Source: Gammaproteobacteria bacterium (lineage in GTDB: Bacteria > Pseudomonadota > Gammaproteobacteria > SZUA-229). From it: a stretch of 36,037 nt of DNA. The translations under genes were made by a program, and so were the position numbers. The notes under the pieces are model-generated. The model saw only the letters and a program-made list of their open reading frames with translations. It was not told the origin of the DNA and made no database searches. Shown piece after piece: positions 35,735-36,037 of this stretch; within the stretch, counting starts at the first letter, position 1; every line of letters starts with the position of its first letter. The stretch lies in NCBI GenBank assembly GCA_041572275.1, contig JBFFSQ010000004.1, forward strand, positions 1-36,037, written 5' to 3'.

Positions 35735-36037
35735 ATGAACAAAGCCGTTATTATCCGTGGCCTTATTACAAGTACAATTATTTCAGTTATTGCAACCTAC
35801 GTTTCTATTCAAATCCTAAAAACAACTGAGTTATCATCAACCGCCGGAATGGCAACACTGTTTGCTTTATTTATCACCACCGCCATGATTGCCGTATTAG
35901 TTTCTACTAATGCGATTACTGGGAATAGTTCACGAATTAACCAGCCAGGACCATTAATTGGGGACAATTCACGTGAAACTGGTACTGTTAAGTGGTTTAA
36001 TACCAACAAGGGCTTTGGCTTCATTACTCGCGATAGC
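35735..36037 (+). CDS. Membrane-anchored cold-shock-domain protein (3'-truncated by window end)
   Basis: Manual translation: MNKAVIIRGLITSTIISVIATYVSIQILKTTELSSTAGMATLFALFITTAMIAVLVSTNAITGNSSRINQPGPLIGDNSRETGTVKWFNTNKGFGFITRDS. Two hydrophobic segments are followed by the CSD start GTVKWFN and RNP-1 KGFGFI. Confidence 0.9.
   Translation, partial: MNKAVIIRGLITSTIISVIATYVSIQILKTTELSSTAGMATLFALFITTAMIAVLVSTNAITGNSSRINQPGPLIGDNSRETGTVKWFNTNKGFGFITRDS

Noticed and set aside
35809-36024. 71-aa minus-strand ORF
   Set aside because: Antisense to the plus-strand cold-shock-domain gene, which has the clear motif.

Overview
A gene-dense chromosomal window from a Gammaproteobacterium. A CbbY-type phosphatase hints at a Calvin-cycle autotroph (inference only). 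Left part: DUF1015 and a CZB-GGDEF diguanylate cyclase, then the conserved minus-strand cell-wall/lipoate cluster (mrdA-rodA-mltB-rlpA-dacA-dat-ybeD-lipB-lipA) headed by ppa. Next come an adenylate kinase with a long histone-H1-like repeat tail and terminal coiled coil, a thioredoxin and an ABC exporter. Middle: a divergent glpK/GDPD/glpD-like cluster, cbbY, yjbQ, a pentapeptide-repeat protein, a CpdA-type phosphodiesterase fused to a SLOG (cpYpsA) domain, sirB1-like, class II aldolase, thiD and thiE. Right: a lower-GC block of about 7 kb lies between thiE and hemL. It encodes an all-cytoplasmic signalling system (2 GAF histidine kinases, 3 receiver proteins, an HDOD protein, a degenerate HD-GYP domain, a small shared module) with no DNA-binding output. 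It is followed by a YiiX-like amidase, tag, hemL, ycgL and a truncated membrane-anchored cold-shock-domain gene missing from the ORF track. I saw no rRNA, tRNA, CRISPR array, transposase or integrase. The best candidates for undescribed biology are the Adk-histone-like fusion, the CpdA-SLOG fusion and the soluble signalling island.
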